A stretch of 63,126 bases of DNA, the filler included, from Basidioascus undulatus (lineage: Eukaryota): the NCBI GenBank assembly GCA_000826855.1. It is 6 parts of 6 records of this genome, joined end to end, with 100 filler letters (N's around TTAATTAATTAA, not from the genome) between each part and the next. Parts side by side here need not be neighbours in the genome. Positions count along the whole stretch, not along the records: positions 56,107 to 63,126 come from JTLS01001634.1; 5 more parts are not named here. One strand, written 5' to 3'. A program made the position numbers and the translations under genes. Of the stretch, positions 62,648 to 63,126 are shown piece by piece (the stretch's first letter is position 1; each line of letters begins with the position of its first letter). The notes beneath the pieces were generated by a model. That model saw only the letters and a list, made by a program, of their open reading frames with translations. It made no database searches and was not told where the DNA came from.

Positions 62648-63126
62648 CTTTTACCGCGCGCACCAGCATGTCAGATGACGCCGAGCGCTACATGGCCGCG
62701 CGGACCATTCTCGGTCCCGAGCTGTTCAAGCGCCTGCGCACCGCCCGCATCCTCATGGTCGGCGCGGGCGGCATCGGGTGCGAGTTGCGTGCGTCCCACC
62801 ATCGCCGCGCGCTCACTTCTCTGGGGGAGGTTGGCTGATGTGAGAGAGGCACGGGGGACGACAGTGAAGAACCTCGTGCTTTGCGGGTTCAATGATATCG
62901 AGATCGTGCGTCTTTTGTTTGGTCCTTTGCCGGGCGAGGGTCGCGTCCGCTAAATGAGATGGAACGAGCGCGGGACGCGTACAGGTCGATCTCGACACGA
63001 TCGACCTCTCCAACCTCAACAGGCAGTTCCTCTTCCAAAAGAAGCACATCAAAAAGTCAAAGGCCATCGCACGTCTCCCCCCCCCTCCAGCTGTTTTCCT
63101 CGGCTTCGCCACGCAATCAACTCGAC
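62648..63126 (+). CDS. UBA2: SUMO-activating enzyme subunit 2, 5' part
   Basis: [51 protein letters not shown]. Confidence 0.93.

Noticed and set aside
1..63126. CRISPR arrays, rRNA, prokaryotic defence systems or a biosynthetic gene cluster
   Set aside because: None seen. The DNA is eukaryotic with spliceosomal introns, and no tailoring enzymes flank the repeat-peptide gene.

Overview
GC-rich, intron-dense fungal DNA, most likely basidiomycete (inferred from short GT-AG introns, CTGAC/CTAAC branch sites and gene families). The window is six pieces joined by artificial 100-nt N-TTAATTAATTAA-N spacers. The last five pieces are 7041, 7035, 7030, 7027 and 7020 bp, i.e. apparently size-sorted, so adjacency across gaps is probably meaningless. 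Recognisable genes: PDK-type kinase, PITH protein, bystin/ENP1, an animal-type 4E-BP with a TOS motif, mitochondrial mL41, a 7TM receptor-like protein, NOC4, an AhpD-like protein, glyoxalase II, RAD54, an SH3 protein, an M28/ERMP1 peptidase, an OGFr-domain protein, RPN6, a cupredoxin-like surface protein, GST, an HD hydrolase, a cyclin, eIF3e, UBA2 and two tRNAs. The most striking item is a secreted Kex2-type repeat-peptide precursor (10068-11043, minus) built from duplicated amphipathic-peptide exons alternating with 18-nt micro-exons that carry the KR cleavage site. It is frameshifted, and a nearby pectate lyase is also decayed. All gene models were spliced by eye and family calls come from motif recognition, not database searches.
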